A stretch of DNA of 64,000 nucleotides from an uncultured Gammaproteobacteria bacterium (GTDB lineage Bacteria > Patescibacteriota > Patescibacteriia > Magasanikbacterales > GWA2-37-8). Where the stretch lies: contig CAZHYJ010000001.1 of NCBI GenBank assembly GCA_964536725.1, positions 121,081 to 185,080 of the forward strand. Reading direction: 5' to 3'. Positions 47,304 through 57,471 of the stretch are shown here, piece after piece. Under the pieces are notes generated by a model. It searched no databases. It saw only the letters and a list, made by a program, of their open reading frames with translations, and was not told the origin of the DNA. Every line of letters begins with the position of its first letter. Positions within the stretch are counted from its first letter, which is position 1. The translations under genes were made by a program, and so were the position numbers.

Positions 47304-48533
47304 ATGGAAAACAGCAATCCGTTTTTAAATGCGATGGCCCAGCTTGATAAGGCTGCCAAGATTATGAGCTTGGACAAAAATATTCATGCCGTGCTGCGCC
47401 AACCGGATCGAATATTAACCGTCTCAGTGCCAGTGCGCATGGATAATGGTGAGGTAAATGTATTCACTGGTTATCGTTCGCAATTTAATGATTCACTCGG
47501 CCCTTACAAGGGTGGTATTCGTTATCACGCCAACGTGACACTTGATGAAGTGAAGGCATTGTCTTTCTGGATGATGGTAAAGTGTGCCACGGTAAATATC
47601 CCGATGGGCGGCGGTAAAGGCGGAATTATTGTGGATTCGAAGAAATTATCTATTGGAGAATTGGAAAGAATGTCTCGTGGATATATTCAAAAAATTTGGC
47701 GTGAAATTGGTTCGGACAAAGATGTACCGGCACCCGATATGTATACCACCCCACAGATCATGGGTTGGATGCGTGATGAATTTGAAAAACTATTAGGTCA
47801 TGCCGATCCCGGAGTGATCACTGGTAAAGCAATTGCTGATGGCGGATCAGAAGGACGCGAGACCGCGACTGCACAAGGCGGTGTGTATGTAGCAAAAGAA
47901 TTGGCCAAGAAATTAGGGTTGGTTCCTAGTGCAACCAAAGTGGCTATCCAAGGCATGGGCAATGTTGGTGGCTTTATGGGGAAGATCTTGAAGAGTGAAG
48001 GGTATCAAGTAGTAGCCATTAGTGATTCTAAAGGTGGTGTGTATTCTGAAAGTTTGGATTTGGACGCGGTATTTAAACACAAAGAAGAAACCGGTTCAGT
48101 GCAAAATTTAGTGGGCACACAAAATGTGACCAACGCTGAGTTGTTGGAGTTACCAGTAGATATTTTAGTGCCAGCGGCAATGGAAAATCAGATTACTAAA
48201 GACAATGTCAATAACATTAAAGCCAAGGTGATTATCGAAATGGCGAATGGTCCAACTACACCGGAGGCGGACGAAGTCTTGAGCAGTCGTAGAATTGTTT
48301 TAGTACCAGATGTCTTGTCTAACGCTGGTGGTGTGACAGTTTCATATTTTGAATGGGAACAAAATGTCAAAGGTGAAAAATGGAGCGAAACGGATGTGTT
48401 TGCGAAATTGGAACCGATTATGGTAAACGCCTTCAACGAAGTTTGGGAGGCAAAAGAAAAATATACCATTGATTTACGTACCGCGGCATTTGTTAAAGCG
48501 ATTGAACGGGTGGCGAGTAAGATAAAAGTTTAA
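47304..48533 (+). CDS. gdhA: glutamate dehydrogenase (Glu/Leu/Phe/Val dehydrogenase family)
   Basis: The catalytic KGGIR-type region IPMGGGKGG and the Rossmann motif GMGNVGG. Confidence 0.85.
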   Translation: MENSNPFLNAMAQLDKAAKIMSLDKNIHAVLRQPDRILTVSVPVRMDNGEVNVFTGYRSQFNDSLGPYKGGIRYHANVTLDEVKALSFWMMVKCATVNIPMGGGKGGIIVDSKKLSIGELERMSRGYIQKIWREIGSDKDVPAPDMYTTPQIMGWMRDEFEKLLGHADPGVITGKAIADGGSEGRETATAQGGVYVAKELAKKLGLVPSATKVAIQGMGNVGGFMGKILKSEGYQVVAISDSKGGVYSESLDLDAVFKHKEETGSVQNLVGTQNVTNAELLELPVDILVPAAMENQITKDNVNNIKAKVIIEMANGPTTPEADEVLSSRRIVLVPDVLSNAGGVTVSYFEWEQNVKGEKWSETDVFAKLEPIMVNAFNEVWEAKEKYTIDLRTAAFVKAIERVASKIKV

Positions 48534-48535
48534 AC

Positions 48536-49399
48536 ATGCCTGAGTTGCCAGAAGTGGAAACAATTAAACGCGATTTGGCAAAAAAGATTGTTGGCAAAAA
48601 AATTACCACTATTTTAATTTTACAGAAAAAGTCCGTACATTATCCGACGGACAAATTTAAGGAAGTTTTGGTAGGGGATAAAATATCTTCAATTAATCGT
48701 CGAGGAAAACTGTTGTATTGTTCTTTTCAAAAGAGCCCGTTGTTTTTGTTGGTGCATTTGAAAATGACCGGACAGTTAATCTACCGCCAAAAAGAAAAAA
48801 TTACCGCTGGTGGGCATAGTCTGGGTAAAATTGATTTTGAGTTGCCGAATAAGTTTACACGGGCAGTGTTTGGTTTTGTTGATGGTTCGGAGCTGTTTTT
48901 TAACGACATGCGTCGTTTTGGATATTTAAAATTGGTGACCGCGGAAGAGAAAGACAAGATATTACAGAAGAGTTTTGGGATTGAGCCATTAACACCAGAT
49001 TTCAAATATCAATCATTTGCCCAGCTGTTTGTTAAAAGAAAAACAGCTGTGAAGGCGTTGTTAATGAATCAAAAATTAATTGCCGGCCTGGGTAATATTT
49101 ATGCTGACGAAGTTTGTTTTTGTGCGGGCATTAAACCGGACCGGCGCGTGGAGAAGATTAGCGAAAGCGAAAAGAAAAAGTTATTTAGTTGTATTAACAA
49201 AGTTTTGTTGTTGTCGATCAAGCATCGGGGGACGACTTTTAATAGCTACGTTGATTGTGATGGTAACAAAGGAAATTTTGTTCACCTGTTAAAAGTGTAT
49301 GGTCGGGATGGGGAAAAGTGTTATCGTTGTAAAAGTATTATTAAAAAAATTCGGGCGGCTGGAAGGGGTACACATTTTTGTCTGCAGTGCCAAAAGTAG
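48536..49399 (+). CDS. mutM: formamidopyrimidine-DNA glycosylase (Fpg/MutM)
   Basis: N-terminal MPELPEVE, an H2TH domain and a C-terminal zinc finger CYRC...CLQC. Confidence 0.85.
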   Translation: MPELPEVETIKRDLAKKIVGKKITTILILQKKSVHYPTDKFKEVLVGDKISSINRRGKLLYCSFQKSPLFLLVHLKMTGQLIYRQKEKITAGGHSLGKIDFELPNKFTRAVFGFVDGSELFFNDMRRFGYLKLVTAEEKDKILQKSFGIEPLTPDFKYQSFAQLFVKRKTAVKALLMNQKLIAGLGNIYADEVCFCAGIKPDRRVEKISESEKKKLFSCINKVLLLSIKHRGTTFNSYVDCDGNKGNFVHLLKVYGRDGEKCYRCKSIIKKIRAAGRGTHFCLQCQK

Positions 49400-49436
49400 C
49401 TTTCTTGCCTTTTTTCCGTTATTTTAGTAAAATTAG

Positions 49437-49460
49437 ATTACCTTTAAAGGTAATTTTTTT
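49437..49460 (+). terminator. rho-independent terminator after mutM
   Basis: Perfect palindrome attacctttaaaggtaat followed by a T6 run. Confidence 0.45.
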
Positions 49461-49463
49461 CTT

Positions 49464-49937
49464 ATGGACAATGAACACAAAACTCAATATTGTTTCCAAA
49501 ATTGTCAGAAATTGGTAGTTTTTTCAACCGACGGATCAGCGGTACTTTTGGCCAAGCGCAAAGGGGAAAATGACTTTGACGAGGTGTATTCTTTTATTGG
49601 CGGGAAAATGGAAGTAATGGACGACTCCGTGGTTGCTGGTATGCAACGGGAGAAAAACGAAGAAGTGGGTGTCGAGTTTAAAATTAAGTTATATCCGGTC
49701 TTTAATACCGTGGTATATTTTCATAAAAAAGACGGTAGCTGTATGGTTTTGCCCCACTATTATTGTCAGCATGTCAGCGGAGAAATTAAATTGAACGAAG
49801 AGTATTCGGACTACAAGTGGGTGCCGTTGAGCGAATTAAAAAGTTTTGCACCAAAGATTTTTTCTATTGATGACATGGTAGAAAAACTTTTGCGGCTCAA
49901 ACCATTAATGAAAGAGGAAGAGTTTGTAATAATATAG
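49464..49937 (+). CDS. NUDIX hydrolase
   Basis: Nudix box GGKMEVMDDSVVAGMQREKNEEVG (G.5E.7REUXEEXGU). Confidence 0.7.
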   Translation: MDNEHKTQYCFQNCQKLVVFSTDGSAVLLAKRKGENDFDEVYSFIGGKMEVMDDSVVAGMQREKNEEVGVEFKIKLYPVFNTVVYFHKKDGSCMVLPHYYCQHVSGEIKLNEEYSDYKWVPLSELKSFAPKIFSIDDMVEKLLRLKPLMKEEEFVII

Positions 49938-49940
49938 TGT

Positions 49941-52370
49941 ATGAAAAAATACGATCACAAATCAATTGAAAAAAAATGGCAGAAATATTGGGAGAAAAAC
50001 GAAACATATAAAACCAAAGAGGGTGGCGACAAGCCAAAATATTATATTCTAGATATGTTTCCGTATCCGTCTGGCGTCGGTTTGCATGTCGGTCATCCGA
50101 AAGGATATATCGCAACCGACGTTGTAGCACGAATGAAAATGATGCAAGGATATAACGTACTCCATCCAATGGGTTGGGACGCGTTTGGTTTACCAGCGGA
50201 AAATTACGCCTTGAAAAACAAGGTCCATCCAGCAATCTCAACCGAACATAATGTTGAAAATTACAAAAATCAACTCAGTTTACTTGGTCTGACATATGAT
50301 TGGAGCCGAGAATTAAACACCACTGATCCGAAGTTCTACAAATGGACACAATGGGCATTCGTTCAAATGTTTAAACGCGGTTTAGCGTTTGAATCTTATG
50401 AACCAATTAATTGGTGTCCAGAGTGTAAGACTGGTTTGGCAAATGAAGATTTGGAAAATGGGTTGTGCGAACGCTGCGGTAGTCAGGTGGAGCAGAAGCC
50501 AATGCGCCAGTGGGTTTTAAAAATTACTGATTACGCAGAACGCTTGCTTAAAGATTTAGATCAATTGAAAGATTGGCCAGAGTCGATAAAAACAATGCAG
50601 AAGGAATGGATTGGAAAAAGTGAAGGAGCGTTGGTGAGTTTTGGTATCAAAGGATTAGAAGAAAAGTTGGCAGTGTTTACTACGCGGCCTGATACTTTGT
50701 TTGGAGCGACATATTGTGTGTTGGCACCAGAACATGCTTTGGTGCAAAAGTTGAGTGAGAAGATTGAAAATTGGGACAGTGTTGAAAAATATATTGCTCA
50801 AGCCCAAAAGAAAACTTCTTTAGAGCGTACTGAGTTACAAAAAGAAAAAACTGGTGTCGAACTAAAGGGGGTTAAGGCAGTGAATCCAGTTAACAATGAG
50901 GAATTGCCAATTTTCATTGCTGATTATGTTTTGACTGGCTATGGCACCGGTGCGATCATGGCAGTGCCGGCGCACGATGAGCGTGATTTTGAATTTGCGA
51001 AGAAATATGAATTACCAATCAAGGAAGTTTTGAAAGGTGGAGACGTAAACGTTGCTGCTTTTACTGAAGACGGTGTCCATGTTAGTTCTGAATTTTTAGA
51101 TGGGCTTAAAAAAACAGAGGCGTTAGAAAAAATAATCACCTGGTTAGAGGAAAAAGGATTAGGACAAAGAAAAATACAATACAAATTGCGTGATTGGGTA
51201 TTTTCTCGCCAGCGTTATTGGGGCGAACCAATTCCGCTTGTCCATTGTGAAAAATGTGGTTGGGTATCGGTTCCGGAAAATGAGCTACCTTTAGAATTGC
51301 CAAAAGTAAAAAATTACGAACCAAGTGGAACAGGGGAATCACCATTGGTAAATATTACGGATTGGGTAAATACCAAGTGCCCAACATGTGGTGGTCCAGC
51401 TAAACGTGAAACCAACACGATGCCGCAGTGGGCGGGTTCTTCTTGGTATTACTTAAGATATATTGATCCACAAAATGATGCGGCGTTGGTTGACAAAGAA
51501 AAAGAAAAATATTGGCTTGGCTCGCCGAAGCTGGGCGAAGGCGGCGTGGATTTGTATGTGGGCGGTGCTGAGCATGCCACACGTCATTTAATCTATGCGC
51601 GTTTTTGGCATAAGTTTTTGTTTGACATTGGTGTGGTAAGTTATTCCGAACCATTCACTCGTTTACAAAATGTTGGCTTGGTTTTGGCTAGTGACGGCAG
51701 AAAGATGAGTAAGCGTTGGGACAATGTAATCAATCCGGATGATGTGGTAGAAGAATACGGTGCTGATTCTATGCGCCTGTACGAAATGTTTATGGGCCCA
51801 TTTGATCAACCATGTTCTTGGAGCATGCAAGGATTAGTGGGGATGAAAAGATTTTTAGAAAAAGTTTGGTTATTGCAGGAAAAAGTTGGCGAGAAAGTCG
51901 AGGTTGATTCCAAACTAACTGTTCTTTTGCACCAGACGATTAAAAAAGTTACCGAAGATATTGAATCACTACGGTTCAATACCGCCATTTCTCAACTCAT
52001 GATTCTTGTTAACGAATTAGCAAAAACAGAATCGGTTAGCGAAGAGATGTATTCGACTTTGATCAAATTACTTTCTCCGTTTGTACCGCATTTTTCTGAT
52101 GAGCTATTTGAGCAGTTAAACGGTAAAGGCACAGTATTTGAATCCGATTGGCCAAAGTATGATGTTGATCTAACAAAAAATGAGACGATGACTTTGGCGG
52201 TACAGATCAATGGGAAATTGCGCGATACTTTGGAAGTGTCAGCTGATATTTCTGAAGAGGATGCGAAGAAGATGTCTTTGGAATCAGAAAAAGTTATCAA
52301 GTGGTTGGAAGGTAAAGAGCCCAAGAAAGTTATTTACGTTAAAGGTAAGTTGGTGAGTATTGTGGTGTAA
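49941..52370 (+). CDS. leuS: leucine--tRNA ligase
   Basis: The HIGH motif region PYPSGVGLHVGHPKGY and the KMSKR-type region KMSKRW; 809 aa. Confidence 0.9.
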   Translation: MKKYDHKSIEKKWQKYWEKNETYKTKEGGDKPKYYILDMFPYPSGVGLHVGHPKGYIATDVVARMKMMQGYNVLHPMGWDAFGLPAENYALKNKVHPAISTEHNVENYKNQLSLLGLTYDWSRELNTTDPKFYKWTQWAFVQMFKRGLAFESYEPINWCPECKTGLANEDLENGLCERCGSQVEQKPMRQWVLKITDYAERLLKDLDQLKDWPESIKTMQKEWIGKSEGALVSFGIKGLEEKLAVFTTRPDTLFGATYCVLAPEHALVQKLSEKIENWDSVEKYIAQAQKKTSLERTELQKEKTGVELKGVKAVNPVNNEELPIFIADYVLTGYGTGAIMAVPAHDERDFEFAKKYELPIKEVLKGGDVNVAAFTEDGVHVSSEFLDGLKKTEALEKIITWLEEKGLGQRKIQYKLRDWVFSRQRYWGEPIPLVHCEKCGWVSVPENELPLELPKVKNYEPSGTGESPLVNITDWVNTKCPTCGGPAKRETNTMPQWAGSSWYYLRYIDPQNDAALVDKEKEKYWLGSPKLGEGGVDLYVGGAEHATRHLIYARFWHKFLFDIGVVSYSEPFTRLQNVGLVLASDGRKMSKRWDNVINPDDVVEEYGADSMRLYEMFMGPFDQPCSWSMQGLVGMKRFLEKVWLLQEKVGEKVEVDSKLTVLLHQTIKKVTEDIESLRFNTAISQLMILVNELAKTESVSEEMYSTLIKLLSPFVPHFSDELFEQLNGKGTVFESDWPKYDVDLTKNETMTLAVQINGKLRDTLEVSADISEEDAKKMSLESEKVIKWLEGKEPKKVIYVKGKLVSIVV

Positions 52371-53304
52371 GATGAAATTTTTTAATAGACATAAAAATAT
52401 AAAATGGATATTGCTCCTGGGTGCAGTGTTGTTTGTTGTCGCTGGACTTTTAGTTTGGTGGAGCAATTTTTGGTCTTCTGGTCAGGATGTAGAAGATTAC
52501 GCTGTGGATCAGCAGTTGTCAGAATTGCGCCAAACCGAACAAAATTTGTTGGAAAATTCTTCCACTTTAAAAATGCAGGCTTCATCTACCTATCCAGAAA
52601 AATATCAGACAAATTTTGGTATTCTAATGTACCATCGTGTTAGCGATAATCCAAAATATAGTCGTACTCGCTGGTCAGTAACGCCGACGAGTTTTGAGAA
52701 TCAAATTAAATATTTACAGGACAACGGATATAGTTTTGTAAAAATGACAGAAGCTTATCAAAAATATCTAAGCACCTCCTCAACGACTTCCTCTCCATAT
52801 TACAAAACACTCGCTTTAACTTTTGATGATGGTTATCGTGAATTCTATACGATCGCGTTTCCGCTTTTGAAAAAATATAATATACCGGCAACAGTATTTG
52901 TGATTACTAGTGATGTGGGGAAAAATGGCAATGTCACTTGGGAGATGTTGAAAGAGATGGTGACTACTGGTTTGGTAGAAGTTGGTTCGCATACTGTTGG
53001 TCATAAAGATTCAACGCGTATTTCAAACAATACTTTGTTAAAGGAGTTTGTTGACAGTAAATCAATTATTGAAAAAAACATCGGTACGCCAATTTTTATC
53101 TTGGCATATCCGTATGGTTCGGCCAATGCTTCAGTGTATGAAACGGCGAAACAGGCTGGGTATTTAGGGGCGGTGCGAGTGTTAGCTGGTGGACGGCCAA
53201 GTGTGAACAATCTTTTTTCTTGGCGGCGAATGGTGGTAGACAATGCTGATGCCGGTCCGCTATTTTTAAAGAAAATATTCACCGCTTTTCAAGTGATTAA
53301 GTAA
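52360..53304 (+). CDS. polysaccharide deacetylase (NodB/CE4 family) with an N-terminal TM anchor
   Basis: TFDDGY motif and the following His-containing motifs. Confidence 0.75.
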   Translation: MWCKMKFFNRHKNIKWILLLGAVLFVVAGLLVWWSNFWSSGQDVEDYAVDQQLSELRQTEQNLLENSSTLKMQASSTYPEKYQTNFGILMYHRVSDNPKYSRTRWSVTPTSFENQIKYLQDNGYSFVKMTEAYQKYLSTSSTTSSPYYKTLALTFDDGYREFYTIAFPLLKKYNIPATVFVITSDVGKNGNVTWEMLKEMVTTGLVEVGSHTVGHKDSTRISNNTLLKEFVDSKSIIEKNIGTPIFILAYPYGSANASVYETAKQAGYLGAVRVLAGGRPSVNNLFSWRRMVVDNADAGPLFLKKIFTAFQVIK

Positions 53305-53306
53305 TT

Positions 53307-54797
53307 ATGGATTTAAGGGAGGGGATTAATTTAGTTATCAATTCTAAAAGCCGTACTTTTTTATTAGGGTGCGGTCTTTTTATTCTGGGTATTTTTTTAA
53401 GTTTATTGTTGGTCACCGAGCGTCAAACTTTTTTGGTAGCGGGTTATTGGGTGATTTTATCTTTGTTGTTTCTTTTTTCTTGGTTGGGCAGGGATTACAA
53501 AATACGTATGGTTGTTTTGTTCTTGTTGTTATTCGCCTTCGGTTTTTTACGCGGTGTTTGGTCAATGCCCAAATTGGCCCCCGATCACGTGTCTGCCTTA
53601 GTGGGCAAGAAAATTGAAGTGGTGGGCACGGTGTCTGATGTTCAAGGTGGTGTCGAGGGTGTTTCGTACGTTTTCAAGCCCGAGGGATATCGCGGGAATA
53701 TTTTAATTTCCGCTGCGCTTTATCCGCGGTATGTTTATGGCGATAAATTAAAAATATTGTGTCAGTTTGATTTTCCCGATGGCGACTCGGCCGGTTACGC
53801 GCGATATTTATCAACGCGAGATATTTTTGCGACTTGTGGCTTTGCTAAGATAGAAAAAGTGGGTAGTGGTGGGGGAAATATTTTGGGAAGAACTTTGTTC
53901 AATTGGCGAATATTGCTTGGTGAAAAAATTAATTCTTTATGGCCAGAACCACGAGCGTCATTAATGGCGGGAATTTTGTACGGTGAGCGGGGGAGTATGC
54001 CAAAAAGTTTAAAGAATGATTTTAGTAATTCGGGATTGTCACACATTGTCGCAGTGTCCGGGTACAACACCAGTGTTATCGCACTAGTAATGATGGCAGT
54101 TTTTATTTTCATCGGCTGCTGGCGACGACAATCTTTTTGGTTATCGTCTGTCAGCTTGGTTTTATTTACTCTCTTCACCGGTGCCACCGCTTCAGTGGTG
54201 CGTGCGGCCGTGATGGCGATATTTGTAATGTCGGGCAGTTATCTAGGTCGACCAGCGCGGATGTTAAACTCACTTTTGTTTGCCGCCGCGTTAATGCTGT
54301 TGTTTAATCCGCGTATACTTTTTGATGTGGGCTTTCAGTTGTCCTTTGTTGCAACCGTTGGCGTCTCATATGTCGGACCGTTGTTGAATAAATATTTTAT
54401 TGGCAATCGAGAATTATCTGGAGTTAAAAAGTTAGTGTCCGAGCTTTTCTTTACCACTCTTGGAGCACTAGTGATTACACTGCCCATGACTATCTACTAT
54501 TTTGGCAAATTGCCGATCCTAGCGATCTTGGCAAATATTTTAGTGGTGGGTTTCATTCCGGTGGTGATGTTATTGGGTTTTTTGGCGTTACTTTTGAGTT
54601 TTGTTCTTTTTCCCTTAGGATTATCAGTAGCATTTGCCGGCGACCTCGGTTTACGCTATATTATATTGGTTGCCGAGCAATTAGCGGTTGGCAGTGTCGC
54701 TGTTAGTTTACCGTTTATTATAGTAATATTAATTTACCTGTTAATTTTTTTCTGGCTTTATCGATTAAACATATATGTCAAAAAAAGCGAAAGTTAA
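53307..54797 (+). CDS. comEC: ComEC/Rec2-family competence membrane protein (DUF4131 + competence domain only; no MBL domain in this ORF)
   Basis: Polytopic membrane protein carrying the ComEC competence-domain motif SGLSHIVAVSGYNTSV. Confidence 0.75.
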   Translation: MDLREGINLVINSKSRTFLLGCGLFILGIFLSLLLVTERQTFLVAGYWVILSLLFLFSWLGRDYKIRMVVLFLLLFAFGFLRGVWSMPKLAPDHVSALVGKKIEVVGTVSDVQGGVEGVSYVFKPEGYRGNILISAALYPRYVYGDKLKILCQFDFPDGDSAGYARYLSTRDIFATCGFAKIEKVGSGGGNILGRTLFNWRILLGEKINSLWPEPRASLMAGILYGERGSMPKSLKNDFSNSGLSHIVAVSGYNTSVIALVMMAVFIFIGCWRRQSFWLSSVSLVLFTLFTGATASVVRAAVMAIFVMSGSYLGRPARMLNSLLFAAALMLLFNPRILFDVGFQLSFVATVGVSYVGPLLNKYFIGNRELSGVKKLVSELFFTTLGALVITLPMTIYYFGKLPILAILANILVVGFIPVVMLLGFLALLLSFVLFPLGLSVAFAGDLGLRYIILVAEQLAVGSVAVSLPFIIVILIYLLIFFWLYRLNIYVKKSES

Positions 54798-55389
54798 AAT
54801 TTTGTCTTCTGCCATTGGATATGATTTGGCGGCGAGCGGGTATGATAAAAAAGAAGGGTATTTGAATAGTTTTGAAAAAGAGAAGGTTGTTGAAATATTA
54901 GGTAGTCTGAAAGGTAAAAAAGTTTTGGATGTCGGAGCTGGCACTGGCCGATTATCTTTAGATTTATCATCTGCTGGTGCTAAAGTAATTGCCTTAGATG
55001 TGTCGGAAGAAATGCTGAAAGTTTTGAAACGAAAAAATGTACGGATTGAAACGGTTGTGGGCGATGCGGAGTCATTGCCATTTGAGGATAATTCTTTCGA
55101 TGTTGTCACAGCCGCTTTCTTAATTGTTCATCTGAAAGATCCCGCCAGTTTTTTTGATGAGGTATATCGAGTATTAAAACCCGGAGGTAAGTTTTTGGTG
55201 ACCAATATTAATCAGAAAGAACCGCCCGAAGTGCAAACCAAAACGGGGGCAATAAAAATCGAATCATATTATCATCGCCCGGAGAGTGTGAGGGAAAAAT
55301 TGGAAGAGTTGGCGTTCAATATTGAACGCGAGGAATTTGTGAAAGAAAATGGTGTTTGGGTTAATCAGATTATTTTGGCGACCAAGTAG
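54775..55389 (+). CDS. class I SAM-dependent methyltransferase (Methyltransf_11-like)
   Basis: Motif I VLDVGAGTGRLS and the acidic post-I residue in ALDVSEEM. It overlaps the ComEC end by 23 nt. Confidence 0.7.
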   Translation: MSKKAKVKILSSAIGYDLAASGYDKKEGYLNSFEKEKVVEILGSLKGKKVLDVGAGTGRLSLDLSSAGAKVIALDVSEEMLKVLKRKNVRIETVVGDAESLPFEDNSFDVVTAAFLIVHLKDPASFFDEVYRVLKPGGKFLVTNINQKEPPEVQTKTGAIKIESYYHRPESVREKLEELAFNIEREEFVKENGVWVNQIILATK

Positions 55390-55390
55390 T

Positions 55391-56248
55391 ATGGATAAAA
55401 AATGGAGGGCATATCTTTTGTTGGTATCACTTGGTTTAGTAATTTTCTTTTGTTATTGGCAATATTTTGAAAACAAAAAATACCACTTTAGTGTGGTATT
55501 TTTTGATGTCGGACAGGGTGATTCAGCATTAATTAATTTTTCTAATGGTAAAAAAATGTTGGTCGATTGTGGAATAAATGGAAATATTTTGTCGAAACTA
55601 GGTAGTCGTCTGCCATTTTATGATCGCACCATCGACTATCTAGTTGTGACTCATCCGGATCTGGATCACTACGGCGGCTGTATTGATGTGCTCAAGCGTT
55701 ATCAAGTTAAAAACATTATTGAAAATGGCATACAAAAACCGTCTGATAATTTTTGGTTAAGTTGGAACAGTGTTGCAAAAAATGAAGGTGCTGTGCGTAG
55801 TGTAATAGATGAGCCGCGCGTTTCTTTGGTATTTGGTCAGGAGAAGGTTGATTTTTTTAAGCCTGATTCGAAGTTTTTGCCTAGCGAAGATGGTGGGGGA
55901 AATAACGGTTCATTGGTTTTCACCCTGCGTACCCCACAACATTCTTTTATATTTTCTGGAGACGCTGAAGTGTTATTGGAGTTGGCACTGATTAAAACTT
56001 TTTGTCCAAGCGGCTTAATCAGTTGTGGTAGCTTTCGTGCAGATTATCTAAAGGTGGGCCATCATGGCAGTGATAGCTCAACTGGTGATGAGTGGTTGGA
56101 GGTGGTGCGTCCGAAGACTGCAATTGTGTCGGTAGGGAAAAACAAGTTCGGCCACCCATCGCTGCGAGTAATGCGAAAACTAGAGAGGATGGGGATAGGT
56201 ATATGGCGAACAGATGATAAAGGTGATATAATAGTAGGCAAGGAGTAG
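55391..56248 (+). CDS. membrane-anchored metallo-beta-lactamase-fold protein (ComEC C-terminal domain-like), with the start refined to the ATG at 55391
   Basis: A TM helix followed by VVFFDVGQGDSALI, VVTHPDLDHYGG and later GHHGS, the MBL motifs characteristic of the ComEC C-terminal nuclease domain. Confidence 0.7.
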   Translation: MDKKWRAYLLLVSLGLVIFFCYWQYFENKKYHFSVVFFDVGQGDSALINFSNGKKMLVDCGINGNILSKLGSRLPFYDRTIDYLVVTHPDLDHYGGCIDVLKRYQVKNIIENGIQKPSDNFWLSWNSVAKNEGAVRSVIDEPRVSLVFGQEKVDFFKPDSKFLPSEDGGGNNGSLVFTLRTPQHSFIFSGDAEVLLELALIKTFCPSGLISCGSFRADYLKVGHHGSDSSTGDEWLEVVRPKTAIVSVGKNKFGHPSLRVMRKLERMGIGIWRTDDKGDIIVGKE

Positions 56249-56264
56249 CTGTCTAATTTTTAAA

Positions 56265-56642
56265 GTGTATATGGTGAAAAAGAAAATTTTAATTGCGGAG
56301 GACGAAAGACCGATGGCGCGTGCGTTGGAATTAAAATTCAACAACTCTGGTTTTGAAGCCAAAGCTGTTTATGATGGCGAGGAAGCGGTGGTTGAATTGA
56401 TTAAAGGCAAATATGATTTATTGTTGCTTGATATTATGATGCCAAAAAAAGACGGCTTTGGTGTTTTGGAAGATATAAAAAATAAGAAAATTAATGTGAA
56501 GGTTATTGTTTCGAGCAATCTTAGTCAGTCTGAGGATCTGGATAAAGCTAAAAAAATGGGGGCGATAGGTTATTTTGTAAAGTCTGATACCCCAATCAGC
56601 CAGGTAGTTGAACAAGTTAAACAGGCCTTAAGTATTAAATAA
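56265..56642 (+). CDS. stand-alone response-regulator receiver domain (CheY-like)
   Basis: 125 aa with an acidic pocket in IAEDE, a phospho-acceptor in LLLLDIMMP, and a conserved Lys near the C-terminus. Confidence 0.75.
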   Translation: MYMVKKKILIAEDERPMARALELKFNNSGFEAKAVYDGEEAVVELIKGKYDLLLLDIMMPKKDGFGVLEDIKNKKINVKVIVSSNLSQSEDLDKAKKMGAIGYFVKSDTPISQVVEQVKQALSIK

Positions 56643-56748
56643 AGGGGGTATGAAAATCCAAGATCAAAAACTAAAAGAGCTCCTCTAGATACTATTATTG
56701 CAGAGATAAATTCTATCTTAAAGAAAATATAACCCACCTTGAATAATT

Positions 56749-57366
56749 ATGTTGCTTTTGCAGAAAATATTTTTTTTCAGTCTTTGTCTCTTCGTCTTTA
56801 GTTTTTTTGTTACACCAGTTCTGGCGAAAGATATCGATACGGACAAAGATGGGTTATCAGATATGATTGAAGAAAAATTGGGGACCAATCTGATCGTTTT
56901 TGATACCGACGGCGATGGTCATGGTGATGGTCAAGAAGTATCGCGCGGTTTTGATCCGTTGAATGCGGAAAAGGTGCGGTTAAAAAATAAAAATGTTAAA
57001 GTTGATTTAACTACCCAGCAACTATCATATTATGTGGGTGAAATTAAAATAGGTTCGATGCCGGTTTCGACCGGTGTGTTAAGCTCGCCAACACCAACAG
57101 GCGATTTTAAAATTATTCGTGAGCTCAAATCTCATCTGTATGCCGGTCCGGGATATTATCTGCCCAACACCAAATGGAACATGGAGTTTAAGCGCAGTTT
57201 TTATCTACATGGCGCTTATTGGCATAATCAATTTGGTATCAAGCCGATGAGTCACGGTTGTGTAAATATTGGATACAAAGACGCGGAAAAATTGTACTGG
57301 TTTTTGGATGTGGGCGACAATGTAAAAATTGTGGGAAAAACCCCGCGTGTGGTAGCAAAAAAGTGA
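56749..57366 (+). CDS. secreted L,D-transpeptidase (YkuD domain) with N-terminal Asp-rich calcium-binding-type repeats
   Basis: Signal peptide, DTDKDGLSD/DTDGDGHGDG repeats, and the catalytic region HGAYWHNQFG...SHGCVN. Confidence 0.7.
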   Translation: MLLLQKIFFFSLCLFVFSFFVTPVLAKDIDTDKDGLSDMIEEKLGTNLIVFDTDGDGHGDGQEVSRGFDPLNAEKVRLKNKNVKVDLTTQQLSYYVGEIKIGSMPVSTGVLSSPTPTGDFKIIRELKSHLYAGPGYYLPNTKWNMEFKRSFYLHGAYWHNQFGIKPMSHGCVNIGYKDAEKLYWFLDVGDNVKIVGKTPRVVAKK

Positions 57367-57471
57367 TGCGCTCTTGACAATCTTTAGTGATTTGATATAA
57401 TATTTGACATCAGTAACATCAAATAAGATGTTGCTTTTTTTTAACTTAAATTTAATATTTAAATATAGTAT

